NCBI GenBank assembly: GCA_021404905.1
Contig: QWHN01000001.1
Coordinates: forward strand, 258,810 to 322,809
Source of the DNA: Candidatus Saccharibacteria bacterium CPR2
Lineage (GTDB): Bacteria > Patescibacteriota > Saccharimonadia > Saccharimonadales > QWHN01
Reading direction: 5' to 3'
Length of the DNA: 64,000 nucleotides
The position numbers and the translations under genes were made by a program. Below the pieces are notes generated by a model. It worked only from the letters and a program-made list of their open reading frames with translations, was not told the DNA's origin and made no database searches. This document shows, one piece after another, positions 46,221 to 55,190 of this stretch. The number at the start of each line of letters is the position of its first letter. Position 1 is the stretch's first letter.

Positions 46221-47006
46221 ATGGAAATAATTGATGCCCTGGTACTTGGGCTAGTGCAGGGTCTCACTGAGTTTATTCCGGTTTCCAGCTCTGGACACTT
46301 AGTAATATTAGATGCCTTCACCCCCATTAGAAGTGAATTTGATTTTGACGTCTTAATTAATATTGGGACTTTGGTCGCACTGATTTTATATTTTAGGTTA
46401 ACAATTGGAGAAATAATTACTCATATTACTAGGGAGCGTGACTATAAGTTGCTACGGAACATAATTTTATCTACGATTCCGGCAGTGATTGTAGGTGGTT
46501 TATGGTCGGGATATTTGGAAAATATAAGAGTAGGGGAAGTCACCATAGCTATGTTGTTGTTTGTGGGCTTAATTATGGTCATTCTTCCCAAAATAAAATT
46601 ACCTGAACAATATTCCAAAACAAGTGATTTACCATATATCCGCGCAATTTGGATCGGTTGTGCTCAAGCCATTGCTTTAATACCTGGCACTTCAAGATCT
46701 GGTGCTACGATAATCGCAGGGCGTCTTGCCGGGTTTAGTTATAAACGGGCTGCCGAGTACAGTTTCATAATAGCAATTCCGGTTTTATTTGGAGCAATAA
46801 TGCGTACGTTGCTTACTATGGAAGGACAAACTTTTGTTCTCAACAATCTTACTCCTTTAATTCTTGGGAATATTGTTGCGTTTGCCAGCAGCTACTTTGC
46901 CATTAATTTTATGATTGGATATTTACAGAATAAAGGTTTGGCTATCTTCGGGTGGTATAGAATAGCACTTGCCTTGATGTTAATATTGGTGATAATAGTC
47001 AAATAA
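46221..47006 (+). CDS. uppP: undecaprenyl-diphosphate phosphatase (UppP/BacA)
   Basis: GLVQGLTEFIPVSSSGHL and PGTSRSGATI motifs, with 7-8 TM segments. TATAAT lies 7 nt upstream of the ATG. Confidence 0.88.
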   Translation: MEIIDALVLGLVQGLTEFIPVSSSGHLVILDAFTPIRSEFDFDVLINIGTLVALILYFRLTIGEIITHITRERDYKLLRNIILSTIPAVIVGGLWSGYLENIRVGEVTIAMLLFVGLIMVILPKIKLPEQYSKTSDLPYIRAIWIGCAQAIALIPGTSRSGATIIAGRLAGFSYKRAAEYSFIIAIPVLFGAIMRTLLTMEGQTFVLNNLTPLILGNIVAFASSYFAINFMIGYLQNKGLAIFGWYRIALALMLILVIIVK

Positions 47007-47026
47007 ATTATAAAAGAGGAGTATCT

Positions 47027-47536
47027 ATGGAAAGGACTTTAGTTGTTTTAAAACCAGATGCTGTAAAAAGAGGTATTGTAGGCGAAATTATTATGCGTTT
47101 TGAAAAAGCTGGGATGAAAATGATTGGCATTAAAATGCTGCATCCTAATCAAGAGCATTATCATAAGCATTACGAAGGTATTAGTAAAATGATCAGCCGT
47201 CGTGGCCAGAAAGCCTTTGATCTTACTTTAAAATTTATGATGGAAGGCCCGGTAATTGCTATAGTTTTGGAAGGTGTTGAGGCGGTTTCTCAAGTCAGAA
47301 AAATGGTTGGCGCAACCGCTCCAAAAGACGCAAGTCCGGGTACAATTCGAGGTGACTATGCTCATATGAGTTTTGATTATGCGGATAAAATTGACACTGG
47401 TGTGCCTAATCTAATTCATGCGTCGGGCGATACCAAAGAAGCTGAAAAAGAAATTTGGCATTGGTTTAATGAAGATGAACTGTTTGACTACCAAACCGTT
47501 CACGAATATTTTATAGTGGGTAAAAACAAAAACTAG
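47027..47536 (+). CDS. ndk: nucleoside diphosphate kinase
   Basis: TLVVLKPDAVKRGIVGEII…, an active-site His region (NLIHASGD), and a ~25-aa insertion. SD AAGAGGAG. Confidence 0.9.
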   Translation: MERTLVVLKPDAVKRGIVGEIIMRFEKAGMKMIGIKMLHPNQEHYHKHYEGISKMISRRGQKAFDLTLKFMMEGPVIAIVLEGVEAVSQVRKMVGATAPKDASPGTIRGDYAHMSFDYADKIDTGVPNLIHASGDTKEAEKEIWHWFNEDELFDYQTVHEYFIVGKNKN

Positions 47537-47562
47537 CTTGAGTGCTGATAGTACTCCGACGC

Positions 47563-47637
47563 GCCCCCATAGTTTAATGGATAAAATACCTCCGTCCTAA
47601 GGAGTAGCTCCTCGTTCGAGTCGAGGTGGGGGCGCCA
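47563..47637 (+). tRNA. tRNA-Arg (anticodon CCU)
   Basis: Hand-folded cloverleaf: acceptor GCCCCCA/UGGGGGC, anticodon loop GUCCUAA, T-arm CCUCG-UUCGAGU-CGAGG, encoded CCA. There is one C·U mismatch at the base of the anticodon stem. Confidence 0.75.
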
Positions 47638-47707
47638 TCTGAAAATTTTCCATAAAAAACTATTGTAAAATATTACGTTTAAGCTTATCTTTATTCTAGA
47701 TAGATAA

Positions 47708-48748
47708 ATGTCTAATAGACAGAGACATAATGTGATAAAAAAAATTAAAAGCCAATTTAATGTAAACAAGGTAGCACTTGTACTAACAATTGTTTCATTT
47801 GGTGCCATCGGATATGTTCTACTTCGAGGTTCATTAGCAGCTGATTCTATAGTTGATGTACAGGCAGAAAATATGACTGCTACTGGAGGTGCAAGTACTG
47901 GGAGTGATACGAATGCATCAAGTGGGCAATACTTTAAGTTTGGTAGCGCCAGTGGCAGTTTAGAGCCGATTCTACCCAATTTTACAGGAACGTGTCCTAC
48001 CATAAAGTCTGGTCAGGTTAGTTTTCCTTCTGATAGTAATCGTGTTGTCCATTTTCGGATGGACAGTAATGCAAGCACCAAAGGTCCTCTTATATTTCTC
48101 TGGCATGGCCAACAAACAGCCGACACTACTGATTCAGAAGCTAATTCCATTGGTAATAATTTACTAGGAAGTACTACAGTTACAAATTTAGTTAATGCTG
48201 GCGCGGTATTAGCAATAATGAAAATGCATACTGCTAGCACTTGGGATAATGCTAGTAGTTGGAGTACATCAAATCGTGACTTAAATTTAGTAGATGCTGT
48301 AACTGCTTGCGCAAACAACCAAGGACACATTGATAGTAAAAGAATACACTCCATAGGTATGAGTTGGGGTGGTTACCAAACCTCTCATTTGGCATTTCTA
48401 AGAGCAAACTATATAGCAAGTGCGGTAGTAATGTCGGGTGGTTTTACTGGAAGTCCTCCTTCAAGTGCCATTCAGCGACCAGAAAATAAGTTTGCAACAA
48501 TTACTACATTAGGTTCTACTTCTGCGGGTGAGCTACAGGTTGTTGTATCACCATTACAAGGGTATCGCGATTATGCAAAATCTGCCGGACATTTCGTAGT
48601 ACATTGTCAACACAGTGGAGGGCACATACCTATTTCTGGTGGTGGTCCGATGCATCAAAGATTTTTCCAAGATCATTATTATGGAGTTCCCAAAGCATAT
48701 ACGACACTTCCTGTACCTCCATTCTTAAGTTCCTGTTCAATTTATTAA
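47708..48748 (+). CDS. secreted alpha/beta-hydrolase (esterase/depolymerase-like)
   Basis: Signal-anchor (VALVLTIVSFGAIGYVLL), an N-terminal beta-rich segment, and a GxSxG nucleophile elbow (GMSWGG) with downstream His. Confidence 0.55.
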   Translation: MSNRQRHNVIKKIKSQFNVNKVALVLTIVSFGAIGYVLLRGSLAADSIVDVQAENMTATGGASTGSDTNASSGQYFKFGSASGSLEPILPNFTGTCPTIKSGQVSFPSDSNRVVHFRMDSNASTKGPLIFLWHGQQTADTTDSEANSIGNNLLGSTTVTNLVNAGAVLAIMKMHTASTWDNASSWSTSNRDLNLVDAVTACANNQGHIDSKRIHSIGMSWGGYQTSHLAFLRANYIASAVVMSGGFTGSPPSSAIQRPENKFATITTLGSTSAGELQVVVSPLQGYRDYAKSAGHFVVHCQHSGGHIPISGGGPMHQRFFQDHYYGVPKAYTTLPVPPFLSSCSIY

Positions 48749-48775
48749 ATGGAGTAATAAGGAATTACATAAAAT

Positions 48776-51073
48776 ATGAATATCCAAAAATTATCAACAA
48801 AAAACTTAGTTCGATTGCTTTGGGTAATATTTGTCTTGGCTTTGTTTGCTACTGCATTTGTATTTCAGAACAGGCTTGATGTAAACGCCGCATGTGCTGG
48901 TTCTAACTATGGCAGTGGTACAACGCAAATAAATGTTAGCGGAAGTGGTACGCATAGGGTTTGGGCAAGAGTTATGCCATCAACATCTACCGGCAATTCG
49001 TTCTTTATGCAAATAGATAGCGGTACGTGTATTGAAGTTGGTACGAACAATTCGGTAACTGCTAACCAATGGACTTGGATAGATTATAAAAATAGTAATG
49101 AATCCACCAAAAACGATGTTAGTTTAAGCACTGGTAATCATACACTCAGTATTTATGGCAAAACAGCAAATCTAAAAATTGATAGGATAATAATGACAAG
49201 TAGCACATCTTGTGTTCCGACAGATAAAGGTGATAATTGTGTATCCGTGACTCCTCCACCTGTTAGCGGAGATTCAAGTGAAGTTTGTGGAACCTGGGTG
49301 ATCCAACAAGTTTCAAGTGTATCAGAGTTAAATAGTCTAGAGTCTAAGATTAAAGACGCATTAGATTTGCCGGGAGTTGTTGGTTTCTCTGTTAGGTTTC
49401 CTTGGAACGCAGCTGATATATCCGGTTCTGCTACTACTCATCCTCTACTTGATAAGGCAAAACAAATTGCCGATAGCAAAGGGAAAGCCCTTTCAATTCG
49501 TTTTATGGCAGGCCGCCACGTGCCGACAAGAGTATTTGATGCCGGGGCTAAATACTATCTCTTTAATAATCAAAAAGTTGGTATACCCTGGGATTCAAGC
49601 GACCCTAATATATACCGCAAAAATCAGATCTGGTTAGACGAATTCGACAAATATACAGCCAAACTTGTTAACTGGTCTAAACAAAATAATGTCAAGCTTA
49701 TTCATCTTTCATGGTGGGCCCAAGATTGGGCGGAATTAAATCATGGCAAGGAGGTCCGCGCTTTGCCTGGGTATTCAAAAAGCAACTGGCTTTCAGGCCA
49801 CAAAGAAATAATTGATATTGGTGCAAAGTATGCAAACGATGCTTCTAGTGGCGTAATTATGGAATTGCCGATGTCTGGTTATGGTCCTGTTGCCACGGAC
49901 ATGTCACCTGCTTTAGCGGATCATATTGTATCTAAGGTTGGTCAAAATACCGACAAATTTTTCATCCAGGCCAATGGTTGGAGCAACTCTCAGGAATGGG
50001 GAGCACCGGATACTACAACTGAAGCGTCATTTGATCAAATTTGGGCTAAGCCTGTAAAACGGGGCTTGCAGGCGATCCAACCAGATGGGTATGATTGGAC
50101 AGCAGCCTATGCGCGCCTCGGTGACCCATCAAAATTACCAACGCAGTCTAGTAAAGATTCAGTAAACGCGACTTATGCTGAAGTTTATCTACCAAGCTTT
50201 TGGCAAATACCAGGCCCTATGGGGAATAACACCCAAGTTAAAATAGACCAATTAAAATCTGAAATCGCAAAGTTTGGGCAAAAATGTCCAACCGGACAAC
50301 CGCCACAAGACACTACACCCCCAAACATTTCGCTTTCAGCCAATCCCACTACTGTGACTGTTGGTAGCAACGTCTCGCTAAACGCTACGGCGTCAGATAA
50401 CATAGGTGTGACTAACGTTGAATTTTATGATGAAAGCACGTTGATTGGCAGCGACTCTTCATCTCCATATACGCTTACCTGGAATACTACAGGCGCGTCA
50501 ACCGGAGCCCATAGTATGACCGCTAAAGCGTTTGATATGGCCGGAAACACAAAAACCAGCACGGCGGTGTTCGTAACCGTACAAAACTCTACGCCTTCGG
50601 ACACAACGGCTCCGAGCGTAGCACTTACTAGTCCTTCTGCCGGCGCGACTGTTTACACCGGCAGCGCTCAGACGCTAACGGCAACCGCTTCGGATAATAC
50701 AGGTGTAACCAAAGTTGAGTTCTATAGAGCAGGACAATATCTACTCGGTACGGCTACCAGAAGCTCGGGTACGGCGCAGAACGGTACCTGGACAGCCAGT
50801 TGGTCACCAACTACCGCGGGCTCAGCGCCATTGACAGCCAAAGCCTACGATGCGGCCGGTAATGTTACCGATTCATCTATTGTTACTGTTACTATATCTG
50901 ATCAACCCCCACTAGTTCCTGCAGATTTGAATAATGACGGTAAAGTAGATATCTTTGATCTTTCAATACTGCTATCTAAATGGAATACGAGCGACCAAAC
51001 CGCGGATATTAACAATGACGACAAGGTTGACGTGTTTGATCTTTCCATCATGCTGTCGAGCTGGTCTTCGTAA
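48776..51073 (+). CDS. secreted multidomain protein: CBM-like beta-sandwich + TIM-barrel-like (putative glycoside hydrolase) region + two Ig-like repeats + C-terminal dockerin
   Basis: Signal peptide present. Two ~95-aa tandem Ig-like repeats (…ASDNIGVTNVEFYDES… / …ASDNTGVTKVEFYRAG…). The C-terminal pair of Ca-binding dockerin segments reads DLNNDGKVDIFDLSILLSKW and DINNDDKVDVFDLSIMLSSW. Confidence 0.6.
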   Translation: MNIQKLSTKNLVRLLWVIFVLALFATAFVFQNRLDVNAACAGSNYGSGTTQINVSGSGTHRVWARVMPSTSTGNSFFMQIDSGTCIEVGTNNSVTANQWTWIDYKNSNESTKNDVSLSTGNHTLSIYGKTANLKIDRIIMTSSTSCVPTDKGDNCVSVTPPPVSGDSSEVCGTWVIQQVSSVSELNSLESKIKDALDLPGVVGFSVRFPWNAADISGSATTHPLLDKAKQIADSKGKALSIRFMAGRHVPTRVFDAGAKYYLFNNQKVGIPWDSSDPNIYRKNQIWLDEFDKYTAKLVNWSKQNNVKLIHLSWWAQDWAELNHGKEVRALPGYSKSNWLSGHKEIIDIGAKYANDASSGVIMELPMSGYGPVATDMSPALADHIVSKVGQNTDKFFIQANGWSNSQEWGAPDTTTEASFDQIWAKPVKRGLQAIQPDGYDWTAAYARLGDPSKLPTQSSKDSVNATYAEVYLPSFWQIPGPMGNNTQVKIDQLKSEIAKFGQKCPTGQPPQDTTPPNISLSANPTTVTVGSNVSLNATASDNIGVTNVEFYDESTLIGSDSSSPYTLTWNTTGASTGAHSMTAKAFDMAGNTKTSTAVFVTVQNSTPSDTTAPSVALTSPSAGATVYTGSAQTLTATASDNTGVTKVEFYRAGQYLLGTATRSSGTAQNGTWTASWSPTTAGSAPLTAKAYDAAGNVTDSSIVTVTISDQPPLVPADLNNDGKVDIFDLSILLSKWNTSDQTADINNDDKVDVFDLSIMLSSWSS

Positions 51074-51114
51074 TTTTAATATCTGCATTCAAACATAATT
51101 CAATCTGATAAAAT

Positions 51115-51639
51115 ATGCTTATGGCAGAAAAACTGTTCGAAGGTCAGCATGATGACGAAGAAGTTCTTTTTGATTTCCGACAGCATCCAATAGTAATGAG
51201 AAAAGGCCTTTTGGCTTTGCTGATTTTTCTGCTTATATCTATGATTCCAACTGCAATCTGGCCCGAAAAACTGTGGCTGCTCTGGTTTGTACTCGTTGGT
51301 CTAGTATTGGGCATGATAGCCATGTTTCATTCGTGGATAAGCTGGTATTTTAGTATTTTTATAGTTACGGATCAAAGATTCATCAAAATAAAGCAGGTCG
51401 GGCTGTTTAAGCGCAGCGTAGTTGATTTGGGGCTAGGCAAGATACTCAGTATTAACTATCAAATAGAAGGCATTCAACAAACCGCCCTTGGATTTGGTAC
51501 AATAATTATGCAAACTTATGTCGGTGACTTAGTGCTGAATAACATTTATCATCCAGCTAAGACACACGCTAAACTTGTAAAGGTTATAAAAGATTGTGGA
51601 TATGATCTCAAGACGCCCGAGACGGACTCAGGCGTATAA
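51115..51639 (+). CDS. membrane protein with bacterial PH-like (bPH_2/YdbS-type) domain
   Basis: Two TM helices followed by a short beta-rich domain; pattern similarity only. Confidence 0.45.
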   Translation: MLMAEKLFEGQHDDEEVLFDFRQHPIVMRKGLLALLIFLLISMIPTAIWPEKLWLLWFVLVGLVLGMIAMFHSWISWYFSIFIVTDQRFIKIKQVGLFKRSVVDLGLGKILSINYQIEGIQQTALGFGTIIMQTYVGDLVLNNIYHPAKTHAKLVKVIKDCGYDLKTPETDSGV

Positions 51640-52738
51640 AAAAAAGACATTAAAGGCGAAATCTGCCGCTTTGACTACCAAAGCAAAAACGCTGATTAAG
51701 GGTGACGATAAAGCTCCGATAGAAAATGCCAGCGGCCGCATTACAAATGAGACTGTAGCTAAGCATAGAGAAGAAGTGTTAAAAGGGGCAAAGCGCTTCA
51801 TTTATCCATTGCAACATTCAAAACACAGGATTGCTATTATATCCACCGCTATCGCTGTCTTGGCTCTAGTGAGCCTAGTGATATACATTAGTTTAATTCT
51901 ATATAGATACCAACACACAGGAATATTTGCCTATAATTTAACAAAAATTATTCCCTTGCCAGTTGCGCGCGTAGATGGACAATTTGTTTCATATGAGGAT
52001 TATCTGTTTGAATTGCGCCACAGTATGCATTTTCAGAGAACACAGGAAGCTGTAGATTTTTCCACTGAGGAAGGACAAAAAATGCTTGTTTACCTAAAAC
52101 AACAAGCGTTGGAACGCGCAAAAGACAACACAGTTGTTCGTGAGCTGGCAAAACAAAATAACATTAAAATAACTGAACAAGAAATTAATGCACAAATGGA
52201 TCTGATATTAAAACAAGGCACAAGTGGCCAATCTTTAGATGCGATCGAGAAAACTTTAGCTGAGTTTTATGGTTGGTCGATTAAAGATTGGAAAAGAGTA
52301 TTAAAGATGCAATTAATGAAACAGCGGCTAATTCCAAATCTGGACACAGAAACTACTCAAAAGGGAGATAATATCCTTAATCAATTAACAGGCGGCGCTA
52401 GTTTTGCTGATTTGGCTAAACTCAATTCTCAAGATGATCTTAGTAAGGATAAAGGTGGCTCCTTGGGTATTATAAATATAGATAACACAAATTTGCCCCA
52501 GAGTTTTATAGATGTAGCTTTTAACTTAAATGAAGGCGAATATTCTAATTTGGTTGAATCAACAATAAAGGATGAAAAGGGTAAAAATATTCTTGTAGTT
52601 CAAATAATTAGAGCCGATAAGGTTATAAACGACAAAGAAAGAGAGATATCGCATATTTTATTAAAGTATAAAAATATCGATGAAAAAATTAATCAATATA
52701 AAACTGACTATGGGGTTACTAACTATATAAAAGTTTAG
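51596..52738 (+). CDS. membrane-anchored parvulin-type peptidyl-prolyl isomerase (PrsA/SurA-like)
   Basis: N-terminal TM (IAIISTAIAVLALVSLVIYISLILY), chaperone-like helical region and PpiC domain (ASFADLAKLNSQD…GGSLGII…FNLNEGEYSNLVES). Start uncertain; it overlaps the upstream ORF end. Confidence 0.65.
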   Translation: MDMISRRPRRTQAYKKKTLKAKSAALTTKAKTLIKGDDKAPIENASGRITNETVAKHREEVLKGAKRFIYPLQHSKHRIAIISTAIAVLALVSLVIYISLILYRYQHTGIFAYNLTKIIPLPVARVDGQFVSYEDYLFELRHSMHFQRTQEAVDFSTEEGQKMLVYLKQQALERAKDNTVVRELAKQNNIKITEQEINAQMDLILKQGTSGQSLDAIEKTLAEFYGWSIKDWKRVLKMQLMKQRLIPNLDTETTQKGDNILNQLTGGASFADLAKLNSQDDLSKDKGGSLGIINIDNTNLPQSFIDVAFNLNEGEYSNLVESTIKDEKGKNILVVQIIRADKVINDKEREISHILLKYKNIDEKINQYKTDYGVTNYIKV

Positions 52739-52799
52739 TCTAAACTTGAAAAGCAAAGTCTGAATTGTATAATAAAACCATAAAAACTAAAAAACAAAA

Positions 52800-54068
52800 A
52801 TGAAAATTACTAAAACCATTGGATCCGTTAATGCTGTTACTTTAGCGGATATTTTGTTTCATAAAACAAAAAGGACTGAGCTATTCTTACAGTTGCCTCA
52901 AGACCAGAGGATAGAATTATTAGGCGCCGTTACTAAGCATGTAAAAAAAGAGATACTTACTCACTCTCCAGATGAAGACCTTATAAATATATTGGAAGCC
53001 GTTGGTCCAGATGAAGCAACTGATATGTTGCAGCTTCTGTCGCGTCATAAACGCGAACATGTTTTGCAGCTTCTAAGCAAAGATGTAAAAGATTCACTTT
53101 CCGTACTCCTTGAGTTTGATCCAGATACAGCGGCCGGGCTAATGACATTGGATTATATCCAGGTGGATGCTTCAGATAATATTGCAAACGTTGCAAAAAA
53201 ATTTAGACAACATGAAAAAAAGACTGGCAGACCACCGATAATTTTAGTTATGAGGGAAAACAAACTTGCTGGTTTTTTGCCTGGACACGAACTGGGGTTT
53301 GCCGCTAAAAGCGAGTTGATAGGCAAATATGTGAAACGGATTCCATCTATTTCATACGCTGCCTCACACGATGAAGTTATTCAACTGTTCAAGGCTCATC
53401 CTCATGGCAAAGTAGCTGTCCTAAACGATGCGAATGATGTATTGGGAATAATATATTCTGATGATGTACTGAGAATTATGCATGATCAAGGCGCCTCATC
53501 CCTTTATGATTTTGCTGGTGTTAGTGCAGAAGAAAGTGTTACCGATGGAGCAAAAACCAAAGTAAAGTTCCGTTATAAGTGGTTGATAATAAACCTTGCA
53601 ACCGGATTTTTGGCGGCTTTTACTGTTGGACAGTTTGAAAGTACGATCTCAAAATACGTGCTTTTAGCTGTTTATATGCCTATTGTTGCTGGGATGGGGG
53701 GTAATGCTGCTACCCAAACCCTGGCTGTTTTGGTGCGAGGTATAGCGCTTAAGCAAATTAGCCTTGGTACGGCACTTAAAACTCTAAAGAATGAGGTGGG
53801 AGCTGGGTTTGTGAACGGACTGCTTAATGGTTTTTTAGTTGCATTTATAGTTTTAATTAAAGATGGAGATGCAAAAATTGCTTTCATCTTGGCCACTGCC
53901 ATGATAATTAATCTTATAGTCGCAGCTATTTTTGGTACTATGGTGCCTCTGGTAATGCAAAAACTCGGTAAAGACCCAGCCGCTTCTGCTACTATATTCA
54001 TAACCACAGCTACAGATGTGCTCGGCTTTATGGCTTTCCTTGGGATAGCAACACTAATTCTAACCTAG
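52800..54068 (+). CDS. mgtE: magnesium transporter MgtE
   Basis: MgtE_N domain, tandem CBS domains and TM domain with the hallmark PIVAGMGGNAATQTLAV. Confidence 0.9.
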   Translation: MKITKTIGSVNAVTLADILFHKTKRTELFLQLPQDQRIELLGAVTKHVKKEILTHSPDEDLINILEAVGPDEATDMLQLLSRHKREHVLQLLSKDVKDSLSVLLEFDPDTAAGLMTLDYIQVDASDNIANVAKKFRQHEKKTGRPPIILVMRENKLAGFLPGHELGFAAKSELIGKYVKRIPSISYAASHDEVIQLFKAHPHGKVAVLNDANDVLGIIYSDDVLRIMHDQGASSLYDFAGVSAEESVTDGAKTKVKFRYKWLIINLATGFLAAFTVGQFESTISKYVLLAVYMPIVAGMGGNAATQTLAVLVRGIALKQISLGTALKTLKNEVGAGFVNGLLNGFLVAFIVLIKDGDAKIAFILATAMIINLIVAAIFGTMVPLVMQKLGKDPAASATIFITTATDVLGFMAFLGIATLILT

Positions 54069-54077
54069 TTGCTGTTT

Positions 54078-54566
54078 TTAAAACCTAGAACCACTCTGTG
54101 TGACACCGTGAAATTCATTATATGCTTGCTCGGCCTTATATTCTTCAGGTACTTTTTTTACCTTTGAATAAAAGTCGCGAAGTTCTTCAAAACTGACTGA
54201 ATCAACCTTCCGTGCAACTGTAGAAGAGGGTTGAGATTCACTACCTATAGGTCGCCATATTCGCTCGAGCTCGCTACTGCCTTCTGTCCATCTTACACCT
54301 CTAACGGCGCCTTCCTGATGGTATGATATTTCATAGAACTCATAGCTTTTGTTGCCCTCTGCATCAGTTTTCTCTATTAGCTTAACAGCGATGGGATCTA
54401 TACTATTCCGAAACGTAGTTTCTACACTTTTTTCACTACTGCTATCATCAAGCTGTACGGGTTCAATGCCACACTCACTAAAAGCTACCTGCATTGCTGT
54501 ACTCATAGCTCCAATAATTTTTTCTGGGCTGTCTACTGTTTCTGGTTGTTGTATTGATTCTGCCAT
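54078..54566 (-). CDS. hypothetical acidic protein
   Basis: 162 aa with no recognised motif. Confidence 0.3.
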   Translation of the reverse strand: MAESIQQPETVDSPEKIIGAMSTAMQVAFSECGIEPVQLDDSSSEKSVETTFRNSIDPIAVKLIEKTDAEGNKSYEFYEISYHQEGAVRGVRWTEGSSELERIWRPIGSESQPSSTVARKVDSVSFEELRDFYSKVKKVPEEYKAEQAYNEFHGVTQSGSRF

Positions 54567-54603
54567 AAAACCACACTAACATAAATATAAATATTTGTCA
54601 ATT

Positions 54604-54899
54604 TGGCGGGCCCGACCCTCCTTCGCTAAAGCTTCGGGAGGGCAGACCGGATGCGCTTCGCTTGCACGGACTTCACTTATCGATGCAAGCATCTGCACGC
54701 TCAGTCCTGTACGAACCGGCGATCTCATTCACTTCGTTCATGGATCGCCTCGTTTGAACCGAGTAAGACCGGATATCGCGTTCTCCGCCTCTTGGCGGAT
54801 CACACTCCTTCCTGCGATGCTCGGTAAAAACATGTGAACACGTTTTTAACCTGCGCTTCTCGTCCGCCGAACCTCCGGTTCTCATCCGGGACGGTGCAC
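54604..54899. other. GC-rich non-coding island (candidate structured RNA or remnant of a tRNA-targeted integrative element)
   Basis: About 300 bp, visibly above 50% GC in a genome of roughly 38% GC, with multiple local hairpins. It begins with TGGCGGGCCCGACC (54604-54617), an exact 14-nt copy of the tRNA-Asp 3' end at 54940-54953. Only Arg/Ser-rich ORFs lie within it. Confidence 0.4.
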
Positions 54900-54939
54900 A
54901 AAATAAAAAATGAGCTGCCAATAAGGCAACTCACTTTTT
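54900..54939 (-). terminator. rho-independent terminator immediately 3' of tRNA-Asp (bidirectional geometry)
   Basis: GAGCTGCC-AATAA-GGCAACTC stem-loop, flanked by an A-run on one side and a T-run on the other. Confidence 0.6.
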
Positions 54940-55017
54940 ATGGCGGGCCCGACCGGATTCGAACCGGCGATCTCCTCCGTGACAGGGAGGCGTGATAGGC
55001 CAACTTCACTACGAGCC
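54940..55017 (-). tRNA. tRNA-Asp (anticodon GUC)
   Basis: Hand-folded: acceptor GGGCUCG/CGGGCCC, D-stem GUGA/UCAC, anticodon stem CCUCC/GGAGG with loop CUGUCAC, T-arm GCCGG-UUCGAAU-CCGGU, discriminator G, encoded CCA. A 10-bp perfect hairpin (CAGATAGAGG…CCTCTATCTG) abuts the 5' end at 55018-55044. Confidence 0.85.
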
Positions 55018-55190
55018 CAGATAGAGGCTTCGCCTCTATCTGGGCGAGCCATCATTCGTCTCAACGAGGATTCTGTTTCGACTTGGTAAATACTAGCAAT
55101 AATTGCCTCTGTTTGCAATCTGCCAAGTCTGTTAAAATTATCTCGCGCGGTATGCTACCTTAGCTCAGTTGGCTAAACCTACTCGCCATT

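Noticed and set aside
54780-54860. Resemblance of GGATCACACTCCTTCCT and AACCTGCG within the GC island to the 16S rRNA 3' end (anti-SD region).
   Set aside because: Only short, gapped matches. No other 16S helices are present, and the region is far too short for an rRNA. Probably coincidental similarity within GC-rich DNA.
54604-54940. RNase P RNA or tmRNA identity for the GC island (GAAGTCCGTGC resembles the P4 strand; the 3' end mimics a tRNA acceptor).
   Set aside because: The P4-like 5' and 3' strands would be only ~40 nt apart instead of ~280. No tag-peptide reading frame ending in …AA-stop was found, and no canonical T-loop precedes the acceptor-like 3' end. Neither class can be supported by eye. 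The question is left open in the findings rather than called.
54595-55118. Three track ORFs over the GC-rich island and tRNA-Asp: 54595-54837 (+), 54673-54921 (-) and 54882-55118 (-).
   Set aside because: Their translations are Arg/Ser/Ala-rich, as expected from GC-rich non-coding DNA. One overlaps the tRNA-Asp gene and another spans the terminator hairpin. No family resemblance was found. They are treated as non-coding.
55147-55190. A tRNA-like fragment (GCTACCTTAGCTCAGTTGGCTAAACC…) just upstream of tRNA-Thr.
   Set aside because: It has a D-arm-like segment but no T-arm (no GTTCRA) and no acceptor-stem partner, so it cannot fold as a complete tRNA. It is possibly a leader or decayed duplicate. 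This should be confirmed with tRNAscan-SE.
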